Of a DNA stretch of 64,000 nt, positions 1-12,400 are shown one piece after another (within the stretch, counting starts at the first letter, position 1; every line of letters starts with the position of its first letter). This DNA is from Lingula anatina (lineage: Eukaryota > Animalia > Brachiopoda), in contig CM120647.1 in NCBI GenBank assembly GCA_051362555.1, positions 1,240,001-1,304,000 on the forward strand, read 5' to 3'. The position numbers were made by a program, and so were the translations under genes. Below the pieces are notes generated by a model that did not search any database, was not told the origin of the DNA, and worked only from the letters and a program-made list of their open reading frames with translations.

Positions 1-519
1 CACATCTTCAATTGCAAATCTCTTTACTGTGCATAGTATTCACATTTTATTCACTTTATTAAGTAAAATCCATATGCGAGCCACACTGGCTTCAAATGAT
101 TTACGTACATATTGTAGTGCAACATTAACAGGGGTGGGTTTCCACTTATCACATCTAAATTATACAACTATGTCAGGCAAAAAAAAAAAAAAAAATGAGT
201 ATGTAACAAAATATTTTCATAGACAGGAGAAAATTGATGTTGACAAAATATAATTACACAATATAGAATTGAGGAAGGTTTCTACACGCTTCCCCTACTA
301 ATATAATATCTTTTATCTCTTTAAATCCATCATGAAAAAACGAAAAGTCATGATATGGTACATACAATATATTACATTTTCTGTTCAACGCATCTAAATA
401 GTAATGCCGTAAATTTTATCTAGGTCTGTGATCCTTATTCTTTATGCATAAATCTTACGAATAAAATTTACTTGGGAATAAAATCGTAATAATTGTTCGG
501 GTTAGATACACACACACAA

Positions 520-562
<43 letters not shown>

Positions 563-1721
563 TCTCAGGTAACAAGCAGATCTATTGAAGAATAACAAAT
601 AATATTTCATCTTATTTCTGTATCCACACATATTTAGGCCTTATCAGTAAAAGTATTTTCTCTACAATTTTTTTCTGTAAATTTACTCCGGCCCTTCGAC
701 TTTTCCACCTGAAAATAAAGAGAAAAAATAATAATAACATATACCAAATCACAAAAGTAATCAATGTCTCAATGTTTCTTGATCAGGATGGCTAGCTGCT
801 AAACCTTTAAGGTTATTTAAATTTTTTAGAATCGGTACAATACTCAATCCTATCAAAATTTAACTCAACATTAGAATAACCTTATCGTATATTTAAATAA
901 AATATATAAAAAAGAATATTTCTGCAATCTCTTATCATTTTTATAAAGGCATTATTACACCGAGCTTAAAATAAAGTCGTGTTACTAAATTTCTCGGTTG
1001 CAGATCAGTTTTTGCTCCTTTCTTGTTGATAGATTTACAAAGCAAAAAGAAATAATAAATACAAAGAAGATGAATGGAGCGTAGAGTCTCCGCGTTTTTA
1101 TTATGTATACTTAAAACATTAAAAAGGTCAAATTACCCTGCTCCACTGATACAAAAAAAACAACAACTTTTTCTTCTTCTTCTTTTACAATCCCGCATTT
1201 ACAAATATGGCAGAGCAAATATACCCTACTTTAGATACGATGTTTTTATTAATCTATTTCTGAAGTGGTTGTTATGGACATTTATCTCGCAGTTGTATCA
1301 GATGAAGTATTAAAGCAATATTAATGTGACAAACAGTGGAATAAATGTTTTAAGACATGAAAAGTATATTAACGTCTCGCCAGACGGTTATCCAGTTATC
1401 TATCTGTTCCTTATACTGAAATCTACATATATATGAAAAACATGTTCCATTTATTATATTACTTTTATAACATACCAAAATTCATTCATTTTATTCATCA
1501 TAGGGTTCATAGAGTTCAAAATCTGTAAGCTTGAACAAGATTTGTTTGTTATAAATTTGTGCATGGTATTGGGGACTTTGCGCCATATGCATGTATATAT
1601 AGATTGAAATGCATTTGCATTCTACTTCAAGTGCAAAAAGGAAATGCAGCTTAGACGAACGCACGACAAGTGAACTATATCAAGAAAAAGCAAAGAGGTT
1701 GGCTGCTGACGTCATTAAAAC

Positions 1722-4700
1722 ATGGGCTGTATGGGTGATACATCATGGGGATGGATAATCCTCGTATTTGCTGTTGCCATGAGAACGACCATACACGGTA
1801 TGCTGACGTCATACGGAGAGTTTCTTGCTACGTTCAGCAACGTGTTTCAGGAACCAAATATGGCTTTCTTTGGTAGGTAAAGAGTTTTTACATCTTTAAA
1901 GTATGATTTAAAAATGATACTCTCCAGTGATGATGTCCAGGCGCATAAAAAAATAACGGAGCCGGCGATTAGGGTTATCTTTACAAATAGCATGGAGCAT
2001 GAATAATCTTGCCTAGCATATAACCCATTAAGCCTTGGATGCAATTTTTTTTGTCCAGATATATGTTGATAAATAAGAAGTCTACAGAACTCAAGAACAT
2101 GAGATGATTACGTGCATTTTAGTCGGTCACTATGACTCCATTCCCACAGATTTCAGATCGATCTATCCCCGTGGGGAGTCTCACCAGATTACTGTCACCT
2201 TAGCCGGCTTAAGCGTCTGTCCCACCTACTAAAAGCTGTAAGGGGGTAATTAAATATGGTGCGCGCTCGACTGACAGCAATTTAGCGTGAACCCCCAAGG
2301 AGTTAGGTCGATCCGGATGGATCGATCTAAATCTCTGGGAATGGAGTCTGTGTCTTAACTGTCTGCTCGGCCGCCCGATTGACAAAATAATGATGTTCTA
2401 TCCGTGTGTGTATGTTCTATCTTCTCTCTCAGACATATTTTTTTAATACTATGATACATGGCCAATCTTATTTCTCGTCCGGCGATCATCGGTTTCTTTT
2501 TTCTTTTTATTTTTGTATGTTTTCTTTTCATTCGGTGTGTTGGTTAATTTGTGGGTTTTGTGGTCCGTATTGACGTTAGAGTTCAAAGATCCACAGGTAG
2601 TGTTAGTAAACGCCTAATCCGTTTACAAGGCCTGTTTATTAGCAGACACATTTTATTCTGATTTGTTCTTTATCATGTTACATGACCAATCTTGTCTCTC
2701 GTCCAGGGATCATCGGTTCCACGGCGTACGGTATCATCAGTATAGGAACCCCGATAGCGCTGGCGCTCACACGGTGGATAGGTGCCCGGCGAACAGTATT
2801 CATTGGTGTCTTCTTGCTGTCGCTAGGTGTCGCCCTCTCGGGGGTCGTGGATCAACCCTTGGAGCTGTTCTTCACATACGGGCTCCTGGGAGGATGTGGG
2901 GCCCTGCTCACCAACAACCCGCCGTTCTTCCTGCTGTCTCAGTACTTTCACCGTGACCATAAATATTATATACTGACGTCTAGTCTCCCGATGGTCTCAT
3001 TTTGTTTGGGTCAGTTTTAGAATATTGTTCAGCAAAATAATAATAATAATAAATATAATAATAATAATAATAATAAAATTAATTAAAATAAACACTTTCA
3101 AACAATTGTTTTTTCTTCTGAATCCCGTTGAGTTCAAATAAGTGACAGCCACACTGTAAAGCAATGTTCCTTTTGTACATAAGATGGCGAAAGTTTTGAG
3201 GCAGATATGCTGCTACGTTAAGTTATTCTAAAAAGTCTGAAAGTGAATCATGTGTTTTTTATTGCTATACTTGTTGAATGTCTGTTTACAAAACGTCAGT
3301 CTCAGAAGATAGATAAAATGAAATTGGCGTTATTTACCAAATAACTTATCCGTTACATGTTATTTTCAGGTTCACTTATATTTAACCCCATTATTCAAGC
3401 TATGATAACATCCATAGGCTGGAAATGTACTTTTGCTGTCTACGCCACGTTGATTTTCATTGTCGGCTGCACTGCTGCTGCCACCTTTCGTGAAAACGAG
3501 GACCAAGACGAAAACGACAAGACGACCCTAATCAAAGACGAACCAGATTCCATGAAACCTTCTAAATGCCTGTTTGTTTTAAGCGCAAGTGTATATGTTA
3601 TAACCATGTTTACCCGCTCAATGGCCTTATTTACTCCTGTCTTTATTATGGTAAGAAAATAAATAAATTTTCGTATCTTATTTTTTAAATATAATTTATT
3701 ACAGCGAATACTGTGCATCAACAGTTCATTGCTAAATTCAAAAAATGATAAATACATTTGCAATTAAATCTATGATTATTTTCAAAATGTTGAAATTAAT
3801 TCCTTACCAATCAGTAATATGGATTACGATATTTTTACCAGGTTAAACATCTTGAAACGCTGGGCGTAGCGAAGATGACGGCCGCGGCCACAGTTACTAT
3901 ATATTCCTCCGCCGATCTCTGCGGACGCTTGTTTACATCATTTTTAGGAGACAGACTATTTAAAAAGAGAGTGATGTACCTCAATATCGCCTGCTGCTTG
4001 CTTCTTGGTCTGGAGAATTTCGCTGCAGGGTTTGCTACGTTATATTACCAGCTGGTGATCTTCTGTGTTGGTAAGTTCAGCACGTGCACATCGTTCTGGG
4101 CCGGACGGCAATATTAGGTAGTACACTTAGCATTTCAGTGTTATTCACTTTTGAGAGATTTGAGTTTTCTTGAATATTAATTGAGCTTTTCTTTATTATA
4201 CGTAACTTGGTAAAAGCACTATCATCAGTTGTGAGGACTTCATCGATAAAAGACATGGCTAACAAATAACATTTTTTTAGCTTTGTACGATCAATGATTT
4301 ATTTTTTAAATTTATTTTTAATATTTTTTTTGCAAACGATTGTTTACAATAACAAATATGTTATTATGCTCAAAACTCAATCTAAAGTTTCAGATATTTA
4401 TCACAGACTCATAGTCATACATAAAGTAAATCAATAAATGTATTTTATTGCTCATAAAAATAATTGTAACAAAACAGGAAGGAAAAGGTTTTAACGAAAT
4501 AATTCCTAAACGTATATATCACGCCCGTCAAAAAAAGTACGTTTGATAACTTGTTTCAGCATCTTAAGTGGTTCCTTGTATTTCAGTGGCTGGTTTTACT
4601 GCAGGCGCCATGACGGCCGTCCTGTTCACGTCCTCCAGTGAGGTACTAGACGGATGGTTCACCCAGGAGTTGTTTGCTGTCAGCAGGGTTGGTTCTGGCC

Positions 4701-5387
4701 TCGGGATTATAGTCGGCATCGGGATGACGGGTAAGATGGACGATATTTGGAGCCATATTTCCTCAGGATTTACACTTCTGAGGGGGGGGGGGGTATTCCC
4801 TTTTTGGCACAATCTATGCTAAAATAATACCAAGGCATATTGATCATATATGGTGGTAAATACCCGTGTATCAAGTCACAACTTATAGTGACGTCATGTT
4901 ATTAGTTGCGTTACTATACGTTTCTTACCTCTCTCTTACTCAGGATTATAATTTTAATTATTTATTATTTATTTCATTTTAAAACGTATCACTATAGAGG
5001 CGTCTCGTGTTATTTAGGCTTCATAAAACGTTTAGACATCACGAAACATTTTGAAATTGCAAGGGTATTGGTATGTATGTATCTCTCTTAAAAATAATGT
5101 AGTAGTCACCCAACGAATGCACAGCAGTAACCGATTCCTTTGGATAGCTTATAAAATTATGAGAATCAACTCTGTAAGCTAAGACTAAACATATTTTTCT
5201 TCGTCTCCTCCCAGGCGTCATCTACGATCTCTCAGGCTCCTACCACTATGTCTTCCATATCAACCTCGGCGTGTTTGCTTTCGCCGCTCTGTGTTTCGGT
5301 GCCGTGGTGCTTATACGGAACTGCATTTTACGGAAACAGCCGAACGAAGATTCGGAAGAACTGCCGCTGACGAGACCTGTGCAATGA
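1722..5387 (+). CDS. Monocarboxylate transporter (SLC16/MCT family, MFS), 6 exons: 1722-1872, 2707-3009, 3370-3650, 3842-4070, 4587-4730, 5215-5387
   Basis: Exons join in frame through GT..AG introns. N-terminal MGCMGDTSWGW matches the MCT D-x-x-WGW motif. Other family-like segments are 'LTRWIGARRTV', 'SQYFHR', 'IGWKCTF', 'LCGRLFTSFLGD' and C-terminal 'GVIYDLSGSYHYVF'. Roughly 12 hydrophobic segments. Confidence 0.9.
2134..2348. mobile_element. ~215-bp MITE, PIF/Harbinger-like family (copy 1, MCT intron 1)
   Basis: TIR GACTCCATTCCCACAGATTT / AAATCTCTGGGAATGGAGTC with subterminal GATCGATCTA. The same internal sequence occurs at 9745, 13355, 33666 and 43629. Confidence 0.8.
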
Positions 5388-5427
5388 TTCTCTTTTTATT
5401 TATCTAGGATCAGTGACAGTGGGAAGT

Positions 5428-5889
5428 CAGGGCCGTAGCCTGAGCAAAATGCCAGGGGGGTAGTAAGCGGACACAAGGGTGCAAAGCCCCCGAGGGGGGA
5501 GGCTGTGTTCCCCTCCCACGGTGTGGAAAATTTTTAAAAACTGTATGTATAATACTGCATTCTGGTGCATTTTAACTGTTATTTATTGCTCAATCAGAAG
5601 TCAGAAATTGTGGGTTCATTTTGCCATAAGTACAGTCATTTTTTCAACACAACACGCTAATGGAACTTTTTGGCATGAACTGAGTTGGCTAAAAACAGTA
5701 CACCTTTGTAAACAGATTGTTGAATGATTGTCTAGTGGCCATGAGTGCATTTTCTCACAGAATTGATACCAACTTTGCAATTTTTTTTTTTTTACCTTTG
5801 TGATTTTTTTTTTGCACCTCAAATCCCAGGGGTGGGGAGGCAGTTGCCCCCCCCCTGCCCCCCCCCCCCCCCCCGAGGCTACGGCCCTG
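5428..5889. mobile_element. Non-autonomous DNA transposon, CAG..CTG termini, 5-bp TSD (hAT5-like by inference)
   Basis: TIR CAGGGCCGTAGCC / GGCTACGGCCCTG, flanked by GAAGT on both sides (5423-5427, 5890-5894). Confidence 0.8.
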
Positions 5890-6760
5890 GAAGTTATTCT
5901 AATCTAATACAAGTAGTATTTAATGAGACGTATTTCGATTACACATATCTACCAGAAGTAGGTGTTAGTTTTGCGCAATTTAGTAAATGAATTTTAATAT
6001 TGTGCTTTCTCTGGTTTCAGTTAGTTATTGAGTGCCGATAACTAGTGCCCCCCCCTCACTTCTCACTACTTAATAATATTTACCTTTGGTAAATACACGT
6101 ATTGACCTTATTTCATTTGAAAACTGTTTACGTTCTGTTCATGCCACTCAGCACTAGAACGAAAATAGTATATTTTTCATGTGGGGAATATATACATGTA
6201 GTAAAATTTCGAGAACTACAACCTTTTCTTAAATGGGAAAAGTTATAAAACATAACAAATAAAGAAAGTCTGAATGGTTTTTGACGCCCGCGTAGATTAT
6301 CCGCATCCCCGCACAATTCGTCTGTTGGGTCAAAGGTCAGTCTATAGATCAATACGTTAACTGTGTCACAAATTGATATCTCAGGGCAACCGGTTGTACA
6401 GGTAAACTGATTTATTTGACGAGATTGATAAGGCTTACTTAGCTGGCTAGGTGGAGGGCCTTCTGTTCATGCATTAATACAATAACCGGCAGGCTGTAGT
6501 TTAGCCAGGATTTGACAATAGCAGCAGCTGAGGTCGTCGTGCGTACGCAAATCTCGGGCGCTCAACGAGACTGCTGTAGAAGTTGATGGAATTTGGACTA
6601 ATCCTACGACTTTCTGCTGACATCTTGCGTAGGTTCCATCCTTGGCTCACTGATGAGTAGACAGTCTACATCGTTGAACATTGGAATCAAGGTACACCCG
6701 TGCTAGTAGCATTAAGCTCCTATCAGCTGTTCCTTTAAGAAATTCCTCGGCGTGAACAGC

Positions 6761-7619
6761 ATGTCGTTGATCAAAGCTCTCCCATTTATGACATACACTG
6801 TCCTCCACGGCAGTTTAGCGTACAAACAACAGATCATCATCTTCAGTGGACAGAACTATTCCCCCGCCATCGCTATCCCCTTCCTCATGGTGGCCTGCGG
6901 GGGGCTGTTGGACAACGTAAGACTTGCCATGGGAGCTCTACGCGGCCCCGCGGGAGCTTCGTTGCAATTGGCTGATTTGTGTTTCTTCCTCCATTACGTC
7001 ATCGTGCCCTTGACCTTCACCAGTTTGGCGTATATCGCAGTCGGCATGTTGCAGGGTTATGATTGGTTAATGACTGGGAGCTATCTTCTGACGGCGACGT
7101 TTGTGGTTCATGGACTTGTTACCTATCACGGAAAAGTGGCAGGGAATTATGCCTTGTCCTTAGAAGGTGGGATTGCAAAGTGGACATTGGACAGGAGCAA
7201 GGTCAAGGTAAGTTATAGGTTTAGGTCAAGGTCGGAGATATATTAAAGGCACATTTGAAACAAGCGTGGATTCCTAGTAACTAAGAAAAAAAAACTCCTA
7301 CTGGTTAATTTCTTTTTGCGACTCTAGTCAACATACCAGTCAATTGTTTCCCAATCCAATGTCGATCCCCTTATTATTTTCCCATTTTTTTTTTCAGGTG
7401 ACCTTTGACATGATTCTCCCTGTCATGCTGATTGGTTTATTTGGAGTGATTGTTGGCGCCATTGGCTGGTGGCGGAGGGGGTGGGCGTGGCTGTTCTACT
7501 TGCAGCTCGCTGGTTTCCTGGGTCAAGCTATGGTACCGAGCTTGAAAACAGGCGGCATGTACCTTTCCAACTTCCTAGAGGTGGTTTTCTTGGCAAGCAT
7601 GATGGCCACTCAAATATAG
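6761..7619 (+). CDS. Uncharacterised ~222-aa multi-pass (about 7 TM) membrane protein, 2 exons: 6761-7207, 7398-7619
   Basis: Two hydrophobic ORFs joined in frame by AAG|GTAAGT and a poly-T CAG|GTG acceptor. Motifs LLDNVRLAMG, FFLHYVIVP, GWWRRGWAWLF and NFLE. Confidence 0.85.
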
Positions 7620-8546
7620 CCGGACTGAAGAGCTTCAACTTGCTTTCAAAATAATTCTGGGTTAATTGAAGTTTGTTTTCATATAGAATATGGCGTTAAT
7701 ATGGTATTCCCAATAATAATATAAAAAGAGTTAAAAAATCAGAGTTCAAAAATTAACTACGAGAGTTACATGTACCTAAGGTATCAAACGAAACGTATCG
7801 AGAGAAAATGAACCCTGTTTTAACAAGATGACATTGTCTAGATATTTATTGATGTTTGTGTTCTCAGGAAACACGCTGTACTCTTCCTGCGTCCACAATT
7901 AATGCGTGGCATTTATGTTATAAGAAGAAATAAGTCGGAATATCTTAAAATAGATTTTAATATTGAACAATAAACAAATCAGGTATGTAGATTGCATTGC
8001 AAAGAAAATATATAATTGTTTCTATTTAACATCAAGATATACGTCAACTGTTTATATACAAATAATACAATATCGCACTAAATGTTGTTGTGCAGCACTT
8101 ATTTCTAAAGAGGTATTTCATAGGAATAATACAGACGCCGTAATTTGGGCAATTTACCGTCATGAGTAGGAATATTCATACGTCACATTTAGAAGATATT
8201 CTTTATTTACAAATTACAAATTAATTTATTTAGATATTGGGAACTGTTATGAAGAGAGATTGTTTGTTTTTATTTTCATTTTTTTACGTAGACGTCATGC
8301 GTTAAAAGCTTTACAACCTATCTTGTTGTCATGCCAACAGATATTTCACGTGTCCTTCAAATTATTCTGTCGTATCTGTATCAGTGAATTCAGTTTCATT
8401 TCTGGATAAAATGTTTCTTGCTTGAAACTTTAGCCAACAATGGTAAACTTATTGTGTTTTTGCGCCAGGAACATCAAGTAATTCATCATGTGACATAAAT
8501 GCCATCCTTGGTTGACCAAATTATTTGACTGGCTATGTCAGCACTG

Positions 8547-9433
8547 TCACTTATGGTTTATCTTGGAATATTTGGCATCTATTCTTCTGATTGGCTTATG
8601 GGTGGTTGGGACTGCGCGTCGCCGCCTGCGTTTTTGGCCTGAAAAGAAAGAAAAAATTCTCATTAAAAATATAATGGCATTTTCAAAATTATCCATCAAA
8701 ATATTGAAATACGTTATCGTGAATAACATTTCAATAAATGTAAAACTTACAAGTTTGTTCGTCAGATCCGTCAGTGCAGTCCGCGACGCCATCACAAACC
8801 CAGTCGCTGTATACGCATGCGCCGGTGCTGTACACGTTTTCTCCGCTTCTACACAGGAAGTCGCATTCTGTGGCTAATAAGAGAGGAAAAGAAAACCCAT
8901 GACATGTATGCTTGACGCAGTGTTTTTTATTCAAAAAGCCAATGTTAGGCATAGTTCAGGGGCGGATCCAGAGATATTTTCTGACAGTCTTCCATTATAT
9001 TTGTTGATCCATCCTCCATTTTTTGACCGTCTTCCGACAGAAAAAATTAGATACCCGTCAATGTAAACTTGAAAATCTGACCGTGTTCTGGAAGACCCAG
9101 AAGACGGCCTAAATCCGCCCCTGTAGTTACTAATATAATTTTTTGTCAATGCAGAAAATATTTTCCTTGATTTAAACGTTTGGTCAAGTTTTAATCAAGT
9201 TTGTTTATATCTCATCTTTGCTACGTTTACCTCCCTCCTCCCAACTCTTTCCTCCTCCCTCTCTTCATTCCATCTTCTCTCTTTTCTCTTTCTCTCTCTT
9301 CAATATTAACTGCTGTGCTATCAACACGCGCGCGCGTTCTCTCCCTCTCTTTCTCTCTCTCTCTCTATCTGCATCTCACTCCCTTTCTCACTGTGCGTGT
9401 GCGTCTGCATTTCTCTCTCTATATGTGTGTGTC

Positions 9434-9480
<47 letters not shown>

Positions 9481-12400
9481 TCTCTCAAGCACATCCCACT
9501 ACTCACTGCAGCCTGCCTCGTCCGAGCCATCACGGCAGTCCGGGGTATTGGGAGCGTCACACGCCCAGGCCAGGGGGATACACTGCTGTCCGTCCTGGCA
9601 GGCGAACTGGCCCTCAATACACGTGAACCCCTCTGGAGAGGAGAACATATCAGGTTGAGAGAAATGATAGGCGTAAACCTTATCGATATTGAATGTTACA
9701 CCTGGGATTTTAAACATCGTAAGAACTTATAACAGAGAGTTTAAGGGTGCATTCCGAGAGATATAGATCGATCCAGATATTTAGATTTAGATCGACCTAA
9801 CTCCCTGGGGGTTCAGGCTAAATTGCAGTCAGCCGAGCGCGCACCATAGTTAATTACTCCCTTACACTGTTACAGCTTTTAGTAGGCGGGACAGACGCTT
9901 CAGCCGGCTAAGCTGACAGTAATCTAGTGAGACTCCCAACAGGGATAGATCGATCTAAAATTTGTGGGAATGGGGTCTAAGACCCTCCAGCAAATGAACA
10001 ATTTAAGGTCAGCCAAACTGGTGCGATACAGGGAACTGTACTGCTCAATGTGAAAAGGGGTGAAAAGAATAGTTGTTATAGTTGAAGGAAATTGACATCT
10101 TAGGGCACTATCGGTCTACGTAGAACGATTCTGCTCTGCAGGAACCGTCGCTGAATGCAATCAGGTTACCTGATTGCTAGTAATTATACAAGTACATTTT
10201 AAACAGTAGAAGGCGTGTTAATCTGTGTAACTGGTTGCATTCAGCGAGATGTGCATATGAAGATATAAATATACAGCACTGTCACAGAGAAAAGAAAGAC
10301 AAGAACTCACCGCAGTTCCTCTCATCAGCGACATTGTTGCAGTCAATGCTGCTGTCACACCTGTCCACCAAGCTGACACATTGGCCGTCTCCGCAGTTAA
10401 ACTGATCTTCACGACACTGAGCTGGAACAGTGACAACATCGCGACATAACGGTGACGGCGTACAGCGAGAGGTAGGACTTTATTTAGCACATAACATTAT
10501 TCTCTACCTGAAGATATGACTATTTTTCTGTACACATCAAAGCATAATCCATAAAAAACTACCTAGTTCAAAATAGGAAGTAAAAGCTTATGAATATGTA
10601 GGGGGCGGAATCTCTTGGTACATATTCGAGTAATAAATACAGAAAGAAATTGCTGTATAATAACAATAAGTTAGTTAATACATAAATTCATGTAAATACG
10701 TGGAACTACGATTTCAGTTGGTAACTATCCCTGATCTAAGTAATCAGTGCAGTAAAAAATAACAATATATGTAAGTTAATAAACGTACTTAGGTTGTGTG
10801 TCTGTGACGGTGGCGGTACACACACCGCGCTGTCCGTGGAGTCTGGGAACATGGAACAGTCGATGTCCCACCGGAAGTCGGCAAACCCTAGCTGCTGCTG
10901 ACACCCAGCGGTCGTGGCTGAAGTTAGTTGATGGAATTTTAGCAAGTTTGAAATAGGCAAATCTATTCTCTATATCTACGCTGTCTTAATTTTTTTTTCA
11001 AACTTATTAACATTTTCTTCAAAAATAGACCCTACATTCCTTGGACGCTCACCTTCACACAGACTGCGACATGGAGGGCGCCTCTGTTCATCGACACAAG
11101 ATGGCGCCAGTGCAGCGCAGCCAAATGTCATCAAGGAGTCGTGGCATCTGTAGATAGAATGAACCGCTGACAACACACTGACGTAATACTCCGCCTCCGC
11201 CTGCAAAACACGAGCATTATTACTTTAAAGGATTATAAAGAGAACAAAATGCGTAGATAAATGTTATGACAATCAATGAAAATACCGAGTAATTTAGAGG
11301 CACATATCTGAACTGGCCATCAGTAATTAATGTAAGAACTTGAGTTTATCTATGAATGCTTTAACTGTAACCAAACCTGAGAAGATTTTTTTAAAGAATT
11401 AAAAACTTTCATTTTCAAAAAGTTTAATGACTGATTTGACTGACTTTTATATCTTAAAATTGTACTATATATTTTAATTGCAAACCTGTATTATTTGACT
11501 TAATTCATCTTATTCATTTTACCAATGTCAAATCTAGTGAACATTTTATATGGATTTTAGACCATTGATAAAACTTTATCATAATTATTAACATAGGTTT
11601 GGAGAATATGTACGTCAAGTGTCAGTTATGGCCTACCTGTGTCTGTTGATCCAGGTAATTTGGGAACGCTGTGATGTTGTAACCCATGTCCTTACAGGCC
11701 TCTATAGTTAGGGGTTCACATCGAGGCTGCTCTGGGGTCCCTGGAATAATAATAATAATAATGATAATAAAGGATTTGTGATGTGAGGGAGATGAATTTA
11801 TTAAAATAACGTTATTTTGAACATATTTAGTTAGATAAAGAAAGAAAGATGTTTGTGGATATTACATTGTAATTAAATGACGAGAAAGAACAATTTTAAT
11901 CTGCCGCACCCAACAAACAGCAACTTGGAGATATCGTTATTGTTATTCTGCACTGCACTGTTTGTCGCAAGACTTGGAGTGGAATATCTAATTAAAACCC
12001 CATGTTTCCAATTACTGTTAATACTAACTTCAACATCGTGATACAGGCATCGCAATGGTGTTTGCCAAAATACAGTTATTTATATCAATTTAAGGAGGCG
12101 GCTTCAAGGTCACCTGCCTTGTTAACTATGTACGTACAAGGCATTTTTGAACAAATATAAGCTTCACTGGACTAAGTCACACTGGTTTGCGATAACTTCA
12201 CCATCTCTGTCATTTCTCACGCACTCCCTCAGAAGATTTTCTTTCAAAACTATGGCTAATGAGTGAATTTTAACAGCAGTTCATCTAAAAATTTTTAGTC
12301 AACTCAATCGGTGCATTTAATGTGTAATCAGTGTAACACATGGGGGACCACAACATACCTGGGAAGACAGTCGGTGTCTCAGTGGTTGGCGGAATCATAT

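Noticed and set aside
1609-1738. Upstream ATGs (1609, 1644) as the MCT start
   Set aside because: Both frames stop before the WGW motif; the ATG at 1722 is in frame.
9201-9732. Plus-strand ORFs of 111-146 aa
   Set aside because: Translations of CT microsatellites antisense to a real LDLa exon.
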